A stretch of DNA of 64,000 bases from Cercozoa sp. M6MM (lineage: Eukaryota > Protista > Endomyxa: Ascetosporea), in NCBI GenBank assembly GCA_040357565.1, contig JBDODJ010000002.1. One strand, 5' to 3'. The position numbers and the translations under genes are program-made. Below are positions 1 through 12,636 of the stretch, one piece after another. The notes beneath the pieces were generated by a model, which did no database searches, was not told the origin of the DNA, and was given only the letters and a program-made list of their open reading frames with translations. Numbering within the stretch: the stretch's first letter is position 1; the number at the start of each line of letters is the position of its first letter.

Positions 1-480
1 TTGTATTGTGTGTCGTTTTATTGTATGATGTTACATTGTATGATGTTACATTGTATGATGTTACATTGTATGATGATACATTGCATGATGTTACATTGCA
101 TGATGTTACATTGCATGATGTTACATTGCATGATGTTACATTGCATGATGTTGCATTGCATGATGTTGCATTGCATGATGTTGCATTGCATGATGTTACA
201 TTATGATGTTGCATTGCATGATGTTACATTGTATGATGTTGCATTGCATGATGTTACATTGTATGATGTTACATTGTATGATGTTACATTGTATGATGTT
301 ACATNNNNNNNNNNATTGTATGATGTTACATTGTATGATGTTACATTGTATGATGTTACATGATGTTGCATTGCTTGATGTTGCATGATGTTGTATGATG
401 TTGCATTTTATATATTGCCGTATTGCATGATGTTGCGTTGCATGATTGCATGATGTTGCATTTATATGATTTTACATTGT
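1..480. repeat. 15-bp minisatellite (ATTGYATGATGTTRC)n, degenerating towards 3'; probably inside an intron of the first gene
   Basis: Direct tandem copies of ATTGCATGATGTTAC/ATTGTATGATGTTAC with an N gap at 305-314; followed by a CAG acceptor ending at 584. Confidence 0.95.
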
Positions 481-584
481 TTGATGTTTGATCGACGTGT
501 GATTTTGTTTTGTCTTGTGTTCTGTGTGGCTTGTTGTTTTTGTTTGTTATGTTGGATTTGCTGAAGTCTTTTGATGCACCACAG

Positions 585-3313
585 GTTTTCATTGCTGGGG
601 CTGCTGCCATTTCTGCAAGGAGTGGTACCTTCTGTTCTTGTTTTCGTCAGGTTGATAGGATGTTCCACGTGGCCAACTTCCATCAGAGTACGTGTGTGTG
701 TGATGATAGCCACAAAACGAGTGTCTGGGAGACACTGAGTACGTACTCGACGGTACGCCTCATTGTTTGTTGTTTTGTTGTTGTTCTTTGTTCATTGTCG
801 TACTGATGTTCCTTATTTTCATGTAGTTGTTGTATATCTTGTGTCCTCTTCTAATCGTGTTGTTTGATAGCAATTTTGTTGTTGCATATTGCTCTTGTTT
901 TTTGTGTTGTTGTTGTAAATTTAATGTTATGTATTTATTGCATGCATTGTTTGTTGTTGGTTGTGTGTTGCATTTTATGTTATGTATATGTAGTGTTTCT
1001 TGTTGTTGTATCTTGTATGTTATGTATTCTATATGTATTGTTGTTGTGTTGTATTGTCTGTTATTATTGTTGTGTTGTATTGTCTGTTATTATTGTTGTG
1101 TTGTCTGTTTTTTAAATGCTGTTGTCTTGTATTGTATCGGATTGTACGATGTGTATTGTACGATATTGTACGATGTCTATTGTATTGTACGATGTATATT
1201 GTATTGTATGATGTATATTGTATTGTACGATGTATATTTTATTGTAGCGTACGGTGTATGTCTTATGTTGTTGTCTTGATAATTCTGGTGTTTCTTATGT
1301 ATAGGGCAAGAACAAGCGATGCATCGAAGAGTACTTTTTTAAAAATATACTTCTTTGACACATATTTCTTTTTCTGTTACTATCGACTGCCCCTGTTTAG
1401 ATATGAGCAGTGTGAGTCGCTGCGCGAGCAGATTCATGAAGTCGTGCGCCGTTTTTGCGAGCGACACGAGCTTCCCCGTGGAGTGGGTCTGAACCACGAA
1501 CTGCGCCCACAGCTCGATGAAGGTAGCACCATGTTCAATTCTCTTGCCTCTGTCATAACTTCCTCCTTGCTCTTTTGCTTTACCTATTCCCCTTTTCTAC
1601 TGGTAGAACTAAAGGTGCTGCGTTGTGACCCAAGTCGGTGCAAGCTTGGCATCCGCCATGCCCCGAACGGTTTCGAGTTCGGCATCGGCTGCGTGCTATG
1701 CAACGACGCCAAGGTGTGTTTTACCATCCTTTTTACCGCGTTGGGGCTTTGATCATTTTTCATCCGTTTACTCCTTTCTCATTTAGGAAAGTGATCGCAA
1801 CGAGGCTGCGCGCGCACAGGCTAAACTGCAGATTCTGTATTATTTCTGCTTCTTTGTTTTTTTAAAATGATGCTGACTTGCCCTTCCGGTGCAGCCGACG
1901 AATCGGGCAGGTTCGCAGTGCGATTGCGCGCGTTGAAAGTGATCCCTGGAATATCACGTTGGAGCAGTGTGTATGTTGCTCTTCACGAGACCGTTCTCAT
2001 TCCGCCACCCCCCCCCCCCCCCCATTACCTCTGATACCTCCATGTCTTGGGCAGGAGGCATCGCCGACGTCGTCGATATGCGAGAGCAGCGAGGAGGAAA
2101 GTCGTAGTCCCTGCGAAAGATCAATCCGCTTTGCGGTCCCGGCGGACGCCCCGCTCATGGGCATTGGTACAAGCGAGTTTAAAGGAGGATGCTCAAAAGG
2201 GATGTCCAGCAAGGGATTAAAACATAGGACCGCCACCGCATGGCGTTCTGTTCTTTTTGGGTGCCGTTCTGCATCGCATCACGCGCGCGCAGCATCGAGA
2301 ACTCGGGTACCCACCGTTCTCTTAACCACTGTAATTCCCTGCTAACTCGTGCTTCAGGGCCGAGGAAGACGGAGACGAGAGTGAGGCGGATAGGTCGATG
2401 CACAGCGAACAAAAGTGGATCAATCCGGCGCTGCCCGACATGGAGATTTGCCGTAGCTTGCCTCTCCTCTTGCCCTTTGCCTTTTATCTCCTCATTCCTT
2501 ACCGTCCACCGTACAGAGGTGAAAGCGTCGTCGCTCATGGCAGACAGTGCAGAGTCGTACGCCGTGCTTGGACGGTGTTTACCTCTCTATCTTAAGGTGC
2601 TTCTGCACAGTGTTAGCCTTCTTGTAACACAGCAAGTCGGTCCGTTGTGTGACAAAGTCGCAACTCGCCGCGCACTTTTCGGTATATGTATTGGCACCTG
2701 ACAGATGGTAACATGAAATGAACTGCCACAGGTCGAACTACATGCCGAGTCGGAGCTGTTTGTGCGGCCGACACATTATCTGTTGCGGTATCTTCGCCTC
2801 GTTTGCACCCTTCTGTACTCGGACGTTGTTCTTTTACATCCAGGCACTACGATACGTGGGACACGGAGGCCGTGCGCAACTGGCAGCTTGAAGCGTCGCT
2901 GCAGGTGCCCGCATCGTCACTTGATCGATCAAATGATCAGACCGACCGGCCAGATGATCAGAGTGATCGGTCAGATGATCGGAAGGAACAGGAGGAGGAG
3001 CAGGAGACTCGGTGGTTGCGACTCAGTCGGCATGAGGACGACGCGCGCATTTGCAGCAAGGGACAGTGGTATCACTTCCTCACCTTTTCTGCTGTGACTT
3101 ACTTACCCCCCCCCCCCAGGGCGATCTTTAAGCTGCCAGAGTTGCCGGCGGGCGCGTGCTTTAATCGCTTCCGCGTGCGGCAAACGGGACACAACAGCAA
3201 CGGACACAAGTACCTCGCCCTGTCCGGGTACAAACAACCCGGCCTATCTGTATGTTTTGGAGGGCGTGTATTACCAAATGTATGTTTTGGAGGCTGGTAT
3301 GTACGTGTGTGCG

Positions 3314-3354
<41 letters not shown>

Positions 3355-6300
3355 GTGTGTGTGTAGATTTGAGTTGTTTGGTGACTTGTCGACGTCGCTC
3401 GGCGCAGACGCTGTTGATACGTTTGAGCGGTTTGCCCCCTACAACCCCGCTACCCCATATTAAACCCTGAAGCCAATGTTCCCTGTTATCTTGCGTGTGC
3501 GCAGTGCGATGGCAAAGCAAGGCGTTGAACTGAAGGAGGAGAAACGGCATTTCTTTGCACAGCGTGCGTTTCTCGCGTTTAGTCGTTGATTTTTGTTGTT
3601 ATTATTGTGTTGTTGTTTCGTGAAAACACAGTGCGCGAGAACTACCGACACGCCAACTGCAGTCTCGCCATTGATGCTACGTACTCAACTCTTATTTCTT
3701 GTCTCAATTTATTGACTCCGACCCCTTTGCTTTTGCAGGGCGACGCGATTAAATGACATCTCAAAACGCATTCATGAGGTATCACGCCGAAGTTACTCCC
3801 TTTTAATCCCTGCCACGATTTGCTCCCTACTTATAGGCCAATGGCGCGTTATACTTCCTTGGCACTCGTGGTCGCACTTCGCAGTGGGGTAGCCTTTTGT
3901 TCCTCTTTATCTCCCCTCTCTCTCTCTCTACCTTATCCATGTACAGAGAACCCGGCGCTGCAGCGACGCTCGCCGTTTTCTGTCCAGGTAGGTCCCTGCC
4001 CCCTTTTATCCTATGGTTTACCCACTTGTCCTCCAGGTTCGATCGTCACCACTGATGTCAAATTCGGTGAAACCGGAGGCGCTGTGTGGTCTCAAACTCG
4101 TGCGATGTGTCACCAAGAGTTGTGAAAATGTATCCCATTTTACCTTTTCCCGTTGTGTTTATCACCCCCTATGGGTGTCTTTTTGACTGCTTGTTGTCCT
4201 GCAGCCGTGGATCTCGGTCGACTTGCGAGACAAGTACCTCGTGTGCACACACTACGCGTTGCGGTAGCCCCTCCCCCTCCCCGTCTCTATTTCATCGGCT
4301 TACCTTTTTGTCCTCGGACAGGCACTACTCGTCGTGGGACATTGAGGCCGTGCGGAGTTGGCGTCTTGAAGGCAGCAACGACGGTGCGCACTTTGAGACG
4401 CTCGATGAACGACAGAACGATGAGACGCTGCATCAGCGGGTACATGGCGCTTTACCCCCCCCCCCCCCTCCTCTGCCCTTTTCACCTTCGTGCACAGGGT
4501 CAAATGGCCGTGTTTGAAGTGCCGCCTGGCAAGGGTAGTAGTTTGCCTCGTGTTGATGTCTTCGACCCCTCCCTGTTATCCTGTTGACCCGTGTACAGAC
4601 CGACGAATGTACCGCGTGTTCCGTGTGCGTATGACGGGGCCCAACAGCAATGCGCACATGTACCTCGCCTTGTCCGGGTAGGCCGCTGTTTACCTTCTAG
4701 TGTTTTTACCCCCACTTTGCCCGTTACCCCCCTGTCACCCTCGGGTAGGATTGAGTTGTTCGGCGAGCTGCTAGTGGCGCCGGCGCTGTCGCTCGAGGCG
4801 ACTGCGGCTTCCGCGCGGACGTTTGGCGTCCCGGCGCATGCGAGCAAGGCTGTCGGACCGGGAGCTGGCGCCGTCGCCGATTCGGCGCAATTGACGCTGC
4901 GACCGTCGCCGGACTACTGCAACAGTGCCCTATTGATGTTTTTTTGGTATCCGCGTGGAAGGTTTATCTGTGATATGTGCTGTGTAGGTGCGCCGAGCGA
5001 GATGCCATGCGGTTTGTTGCATNNNNNNNNNNCCCCCCCCCCCCATTCTCTCTCTGGGCAGGTGCGATGTGTCACGCGGAGTAGCGAGCAGCAGTGGCTT
5101 GCCGTTGCGTTGCAGCATGGTTTCACTCCCTCTTGTCTCTCTTTCGGTCCTCCCTCCTCTCCTTACCCTTGTTTTTGTACAGGAGTGTCGCTGCGCGTGT
5201 CGCACTACCTGCTGAGGCACTACTCATCGTGGGACACGGAGGCACTGCGCAATTGGGTCCTCGAGGGCAGCTATGACGGACAGCTGTGGTACAAAGATGC
5301 ATGGTAGGGAAGGTGTGTGGATATAGGAGCTGCTTGCAGGCATGTGATTCGACAGCACACGAACGACATTGCTCTGACACGACGTGGCCAGTGGCACGTG
5401 TGGCCTGTGTCTTCAGGTGCTCCATTGATCCTCTTATTGCCTTTCCCACCCCCCATAACCCTCTTAAACAGACCAGTACTACCGGCACTTCCGCGTGCGG
5501 CAGACGGGTCGCAACAGCAACAACCATTTGTTCTTGGCGCTGTCGGGACTCGAGGTGCGTTGTGTGCCCTGTGTTTTCGTAAGCCCCTTTCCCCCGCTTT
5601 ACTCCCATTGTGCAGCTGTTCGGCTCGGTGCGTGTGCCAGGCTACGCACCGGACAAACAAAGGACACCATCAGCCTCGCCAGCGGCGGTAGCACCGTCAT
5701 TGTCCGCGTCATTTGGCGCACAATCTCCAGTGTCACCGGTGGCACAACCCTCGGTGTCGCAACCGTCAGTATCAGTGGCACAACCATCAGCGCAACCGTC
5801 ATCGACCCAGGCACTCGTCGCACAGGTAGATGCGCCTGTCGTTACTGGTCACATTTACCCTTTGCCTTATTAACCCCTCAACAGCTGGCGGCGGAGGAGC
5901 GCGCGCGTCTGCTGCAGCAGCTGCGGCACGGCGGCGACTTTGTGTGCGCGCGGCCGGCGCAGTCGGCACAGGTTTCTTCGTTCGGCGAGTGTGCGTTTCT
6001 ATCCACTATTCCTGTTTATTTTTCCCCACCCGTACCCTCCCTTGGCGCAGCCGGTGTGCTGTACACACTCGGAACGCAATTCCGCACAGCACAATGGACG
6101 AACCCGGCCACACGCAATGATGTCTTCGGCATTGACGGTGAGTCTCGTGACTGATTAATCCGTGTGATCTGTGTGATCAAGTTGGTGCGTGTATGCACAG
6201 TTCAAAGCACTCCGCTGAGTGCCAATTCGCTCCCGGTGACGGCTGTCGCTGGTTTTGCCTATTTACCTCCATTTGCCCTCTTTTAGCCTATGCTATGCTC

Positions 6301-6585
6301 ACAGGAAGAGAGGCCGTGCGCTGTGTGCTCAAGACGCGTGACAACAATTATTTTGTCATCGATCTCAAAAAGTACCGCCCGTTTTGTTGCCCCTTTATCC
6401 TGACCCCTCCCTTGTGTGCGCGCAGCTTTGCCGTGCAGGTGTCGCACTACGCCTTGCAGCACTACACGTCGCACGATGGCGAGGCGCTGCGTAACTGGGT
6501 CCTTGAAGGCAGCACCGACGGACAGCGCTGGTATGATGCCTCCTCCCTCCCTCTTTGTCTTCTGTCCGTCTACGTGTGAATGCGG

Positions 6586-6671
<86 letters not shown>

Positions 6672-7008
6672 GACGATGTTGCGGGAGCACCGACACGATG
6701 TGACGCTGCGACGCAAGGGACAGATCTGCTTGTACTGCCTGTTTACCTATCCCCCCGCAACACACATACAAACCCTTTTCCTTGTGTGTATTATCCTGGG
6801 CCTGTAGCTGGTCGATCATGTCGCGCTCGCAAGCCTTCCGTTTCTTGCGACTGCGGCAGTGCGGACTCAACAGCAATGGCCACCGGTACGTTCTACTGCC
6901 GCTCTGCGTTTCCCTTTATGTTTACTCCCTCCCGTTCTGGACAGCTTCCTCGCTTGCAGTGGCATTGAGTTCTACGGCCGTCTTTTCTCGGTTGCCAGTG
7001 TACCATGA
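585..7008 (+). CDS. 5'-partial multi-exon gene: C-terminal part of a MYCBP2/RPM-1-type RING-Cys-relay (RCR) E3 ligase module, followed by four HECTD1-like discoidin/galactose-binding-fold domains
   Basis: Spliced exons 585-624, 710-752, 1305-1330 and 1401 onward give FHCWGCCHFCKECHKTSVWETL...GKNKRCIEEYEQC...CDPSRCKLGIRHAPNGFEFGIGCVLC (compare MYCBP2 FFCFGTTHFCNACH...[21 protein letters not shown]). Four repeats of G[VA]LxxLG..W.NPA...VRCV...[TS]HY.L[RQ]HY....EA[VL]R.W.LE[GA]S...FR[VL]R..G.NSN....LA.SG.E.[FY]G follow (some motifs missing in repeat 3 near the N gap). Stop TGA 7006-7008; gap at 5022-5031. Confidence 0.8.
753..1304 (+). repeat. Intron expanded by degenerate T/G-rich and GTATTGTACGAT-type repeats
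   Basis: GT at 753, AG ending 1304, frame preserved across it; internal low-complexity repeats resemble the 1-480 satellite. Confidence 0.75.
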
Positions 7009-7446
7009 GACTTGCCCTGTGTTACCACTGTCCTTGTTATCATACTTCTGTTACTACTAGATCGGGCCGAACGGTGAGTTGCCACAACAACGGCGACAGC
7101 AAGCTGTACCGGCGCCTGTGCTGCCGCAGCACTGACGTGACGTGCCGTGTTGCCCGCATTGCACTTCCACACAATCTATTGGCGGTCAAAAATGACGATG
7201 CCGCGGCGCGTTCCCACCGGCACCTTTGCTTTTAAAGTACCGCTTTGTGGTACATCCTACGCTTCTGTACGTACACTAACATTGACGGTAAAATAGACAT
7301 CGATGAGTAAAATAGATGAACTCCACGTCGAGCCGAGCAAAAAAACAGTGCCTCGCCCAACAGAAATTTAGATATACCAGTAGCTCTGACGGTACGCACC
7401 TGTAGTGCACACACCACCAGGCAGAGTTTAGCGCTACTGGCAGCAG

Positions 7447-8777
7447 ATGGAGCTGGTCGAGGTGGTACGAGACTTTGCGCTCGATGCGGAAGTGCCCGTG
7501 TACAACGAGGACGAGGTGGCACCAGTCTTTCGCGTCCCAGTTCCCTCGTTTTGGGTTTTACTGTGTTGTATGTGCAGATTGATCCTCTCGTGTTTCTGCG
7601 AGAGCACGTGATGCGCAACCGTCCGGCGATTCTGAAGTCATGACACTGACATAATTCTCCTCGCGTGTGCGTATATCTGTTGTGTGTAGATGCAAGGCCG
7701 AGAGGTATCCCTGTCTGTCACGGTGGTCGTCGCTGGATGCGGTGGCGCAGCGGTTGGGTGATACGCCGCTGACGGTTTGTGTGACACCCAACGGTCGCGC
7801 CGATGCCGTGACGGTGGTCAACAAGACTGATGGTGTCAGGGACCCTGACGGTGACTCCGATGACACTGAGAAGATGTTTCTGGAACCGCAGGAGATCACA
7901 ATGACATACGGCGACCTTGTAAACATCCTCAAAGCGCAGTTCCACAACGAAGACAACAACAGCAACGATGCCGATGGCAACAACGACGTCTATTACTACC
8001 AAAAGCAGAACGACTGTCTGCGACAAGAGTGTCCCGCGCTGCTGCAGGATGTGCCGGAATCGGTCGATTGGTTCCAAAAACGTAGCTGCCTCGTCAATTC
8101 CTTCCTTCCTTCCTGCTTGATATCGGTACAGGTACATGTGTCAGTGCTCGGTTGTCCGCCGGATGCCGTTAATCTGTGGACTGGTTTGTCTCTGCTTCCG
8201 CTTTCCAGTTTGTTTGTGTAGTATGTATGCGATATGGGGTTCGGTGGCAAAACGCAGGAGGTAAGCACACGGTGACAAGTTGCCACCAGGACTTCTACGA
8301 AAACCTCATGCTCGTCGTCAGAGGACAGAAGCACCTGCTGCTCATGCCACCGCAGTGTTTGCCTGTAGCATGCCTCTTCTCCCAGGTTGCTTACTATCCC
8401 TGTTGAATCGAACTGCCTCTATGGTACAGTGGCTACGCAAGCGCGAGTACCCGTGTGGCCGTTGGGACAAACAGTCCGATGGCACTTGGACCGTGCGGCG
8501 CGACCCAGACAATCAACGCGTCGAGTGGATCGACTTGGACGCAGCGCAGTGGCACGGCCTGCACGTGCGACGCGTCACCCTATCACCAGGCGACATGCTG
8601 TACCTGCCGGCTATGTGGTACCATCGCGTCGAACAGTCCTCAGGCGACGAGGGTGCCACTGTGGCCGTCAACTGGTGGCACGACATGGACTTCTTGACGC
8701 CTAACTATGTCTCACACCGCTTCTTGGAGCACCTAGTGCCCTGTATCGACACCAACGACACTTGTGCTGCGACGTAG
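7447..8777 (+). CDS. JMJD7: JmjC-domain hydroxylase, JMJD7-like (cupin_8)
   Basis: Spliced: FLREHVMRNRPAIL, VTPNGRADAV, YYQKQNDCL, PDAVNLW, TSCHQDFYENL (HxD), GDMLYLPAMWYHRVEQ, VAVNWWHDMDF. Confidence 0.85.
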
Positions 8778-8879
8778 TTACGTTAGCTACACGCACCAGC
8801 GGGCCCGGTCGGATACGTACTAGGTAACTTTGGTAGCGCTTCTAATCCAATTTGCACATAACGCAAACAAGTCCAAGTA

Positions 8880-9221
8880 TGTTACGGTAAGGAAACCAAT
8901 AACTAAGGTATTGAAGACTACTAAATAAAGGAAGTAACACGTCAGTTAGAATGGCGTCGATGCGGAGGATTAGAAGACATACACTTGTAAATTTAGAAAA
9001 GGTCGTCGAAAGCTCGAAGGCTTGTTGATGGCAATGAAAAGAAAACAGCCCAAGCACTGCAGTCAAAGTGCGTGAGCTGTAGAAAGCTTGACCCAAGCTA
9101 GGAAGTCAGGCCTAGCAAAACAAATCCTATTCTATTAACCATACTGGTTCAGATTTGATCGTCCGCGCTGACGAGTAGTCAGATGACAACTTGACTGGTT
9201 GAGAAACGCTATGCCGTAACA
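8880..9221 (+). mobile_element. Solo-LTR-like element, copy 1 (342 bp)
   Basis: Ends TGTTACGG...CCGTAACA (8-bp inverted termini, TG..CA), flanked by AGTA on both sides; highly similar to 55267-55657. Confidence 0.8.
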
Positions 9222-9470
9222 AGTACTACTGTACCGTACTCCGGGTATTCGACTGCACTAGTCAATCAATACACATATGGTACGGTCCTGTTGCCGACGT
9301 GTCCGCTCCGAGTACAAAACGTAACATTCACTTCCGTTTTCGTTTTAGTCGAATGACGACAAAAGCGACTTGCGGAACGCGTGGCTCACCGAGTGCAGCA
9401 TCAGACGCGTCGCCGACACGCCGGCCAGTAGCATAAATCCTAGTCAATCAATACGCATATGGTAGCAGTA

Positions 9471-12244
9471 CTACTGTGAACAGTGAAAGGCAGAGAGGCG
9501 ACTACCTGTCAACGCAGCTAAGTGACACAGTTGCAGCAGGTAGGCACGCAGTGATGTGACGGTGTCAATGCTTTCGTTCTCCGACAAATGCAAGAACGCA
9601 TCGCGTGCACGCCAGTGCATTGCGAGTATCACTACAACACCTCGGGGCGGTACAGCAACATGCAACACATGAGTTAGTTTGAAGCACAGAAGAGTACCCG
9701 GAAGGGTTACACAGGCAGCCGCCAGCGATGTGATGGACTGGATGTCGAACCTTGGCGTTTCGCGATTGAGGAACGCTGCGACCCGTTCCGAGACCAAGAG
9801 ATGTTGTTCATTGTGACTTGTAATCCGCCGGTACGAGGAGGAACGATCGGTCAGCGAGGGCAGTGCGAGGCACAGGAGTGCCACACCGCCGACAATGAGA
9901 GGCCAGCATAGCAGCGAAACCGAGAGTGCGGCGCGTTGTTGCCAAGTGCGCTGTGACAGACTCACCGTCGTTGTTCCAACCGCTCCGCCCTGGCGTCAAC
10001 CGGATATGAGAACAGCGGGAGTCCAAGATAACAGCAGGGTACAGTGGCAAGGTCGAAGGCGTGTCGTACAGCACCCAGCAGCGTTGTTCCCAGCAGCAAC
10101 ATCACCAGCACTGCCACAGCGACGTGCCAGACAGAGAACCGTGCCCTGGGAGGAGGAGACAATGTTCGAGGACTCGAGGCGGTCTTGGGTGCCTGACCCG
10201 GCTGCTGTAGCGGCCGCACCGCAACACGCGCTGCCACGCGCGCCGACAGAAACAGCGACGCCGCCGAGAGCGCAAAGAAGAGCCAAAATGGCACATGACG
10301 CAGCGTGAGCACCTGCGACATGCCGACTACGGTGAGCACGACGAGAGTGCCAAAAATCTGCGTCGCCGCCGCGCGCTGCTGCAACTGCTGCTCGTGCCTC
10401 CAACTGCTGCGACTGCCTTTCTTTGTGCCTGTAAGACATGTACACACTGTACCCGACATGAACCCTCTGTCTCCAAATTGGTGATACTGTTAAACACGAG
10501 TTGTGTCAGGTATCCACACAGTGGCGCTGATATCACGTACAATGTCGGACCGAATATTGAACTCGACACTTCCTGAATTAGCACTGAAAATTAGGAAAGG
10601 AAAGGATACACACTGGATACCACGAAAGGCAACGTGACTGCCCAACACGAAGCAACAAAGATTGCTTGCGCCCCTGCGACAGTGGCGAAATCCAAAATTG
10701 GCGACCTGCAGCGCGAACAGCATAAAAGTAAATGTAACGTTCGTCTTTAGGAGTCCGATTACCATTGGTGCTCGAGCTGAAGCTTGATTTTTCGTGCGTA
10801 AATCACCCAAAAGGCCAAAGTAACGCACAGCAAGCAGACGAGACTCTGAGCCACAGTTGTTTGACCAGAAAGAGACTCAGCGAAACGAAGGTTCAACATA
10901 CAACTGCAAGAGCCAAGAAGTGGACAATACACAAACACTTAGTCATGCTATCAACAAATGTTGAATCCGTATTTACCACATCGACAACGAAATCGAGTGG
11001 AAGCAACTTGCGCTGCAGCTGCTGAGTTCTGCAGACACTGCCGGCTGCTTGCATTCGTGTTTCCACACGAAAGCTACGTGAACTCACATAATTTTGTCAT
11101 CGAAAACAAGTCATTTAGAGGTTACAACTCAGATTGTTGAAAATGACGCAACTCGTCGTCCTGGTTGATAGTCTTATCCTCAAGGAGTTCCGATTCCTCC
11201 ATCTGCTTGAACTCTTCATCAGAAGGCAAGACTGAAGTCACATTCCATTCTTCAAGTTTTGCTTCAACCTCTGCTGTGCTTGGGTTGCACTAGCGAACAG
11301 CAAAGTTGTAAGAAGCAGATAAACTCTTTGAGATCAAGCAAAAAAATAACCTTGAAGTCGAAATTGACTTGCGATGGCGACAGCAGCGCAAATTCACGCA
11401 TCGGGAGTTGCTTTTGCAGACTTCGCACTTGTTGGTTCACGTATCGATCAAAGATACCGCGAGATCTGACGATATTGTTCCAAGGATAGATAGTTCGAAA
11501 GACATAAAAATGTAGAAAGCGATATACTGGTGTTGTTTCAATTGCGATGAAACTTCGTGTTGAAAGTCATCCGAAGTCTCGGGAAGCTTGAATCGTTTCC
11601 TGTATGTGTAGCAACAAACAACATGCCCGATTTGCGGCCAGGTGTGTTTGCTTCAAGAGCGAGGCACCACAAAAGCGGCCGGAGTTTAGCAGCGTGGAGA
11701 TGTCGTTTGGAAGCGGTGAGTTGCAGGGTTAAGCGAGGGTACAGAAACGTGTCTCTACAAATGGAAATTAATTTGTTTTTTTTTTTTTGCCAAGGAAAAC
11801 ACAACTAAAGGTGAAGATACGCATCGCTAACCTCGCCCAGCGGTGCGGTCACCAGCAAGTCACCTGTAGTCACTGAGAATGAGCTAGATTATGCCAAACA
11901 CAGAGGGAAACGCACGGTCGATTGTCCACGCTTGCACCTCGTCTTTGTGAATCTGTTTGCGTAACATTGCGACGTCTGATTCCGAGAGAAAGCTTCAAAA
12001 CAAAAGACTTTCTGTTTTACGCAAAAAACCATGATGACCTTTTGATTATCCACTCACCGAGTGCAAAGCCGCACCGAGTCGCTGCCGCTGTAGAAGCGCA
12101 AGTCGAGATTGTCAACTGAAACAAGCAGTCCATTTTCTGGTCAAGAACTGGGTGAGATTTTGAGTCCAAACAACGGTACGGTCGGAGCAGAGGTAGGGCG
12201 GAGGCGCATGTTGCAAGAAGGAATGTGAGGAATTGCCAATCCAT
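9471..12244 (-). CDS. Hypothetical multi-exon membrane protein (putative signal peptide, soluble domain, several TM segments)
   Basis: MDWQFLTFLLATCASA start. GT-AG-joined exons include PWNNIVRSRGIFDRY..., SLVCLLCVTLAFWVIY, IFGTLVVLTVVGM, VAVAVLVMLLLGTTLL and LLCWPLIVGGVALLCL. Both ends provisional. Confidence 0.55.
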
Positions 12245-12636
12245 GACAGTTGCGCGCTCACTCGTTCGCTCCGCTGCAGCGCTGCAGCAACGCCGCTTGA
12301 CAGCATCGCGAGCCGCCACATTCTGAAGGCTTCGACGAACAATTTAGCGCGGAATACGGCCTTTCCGGAGCGTCAGCCTGGCCCTGAATTAACTGCAAGC
12401 AGACACGTGCGCAGCTCGGAGTTTCCCAATCCATAAAGACAGTTGTCGAAACGATCAAGCAGTGGCAAGACCAAATAAGGACACATAATGGCTGCGTGTT
12501 CTGCTTGAAAGACTTTGAATCTGGCTGCGGGGGAGGAGTCTTTATTTCGCAATAGTTATTGGCGCTCAAAGTTCTGCTCATGGAAACCAACAGGCTAGAG
12601 TACCTGACGTGACCCGAGCCGTGTATCACCTGTAGC

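Noticed and set aside
1-388. MMLHC/YDVTL repeat ORFs; possible CRISPR or telomere
   Set aside because: Translations of a 15-bp satellite; no spacers and not a telomeric unit.
9962-10050. Overlapping GTGA ORFs suggesting frameshift or translational coupling
   Set aside because: Explained by an intron GTACCC...GCCAG on the minus strand.
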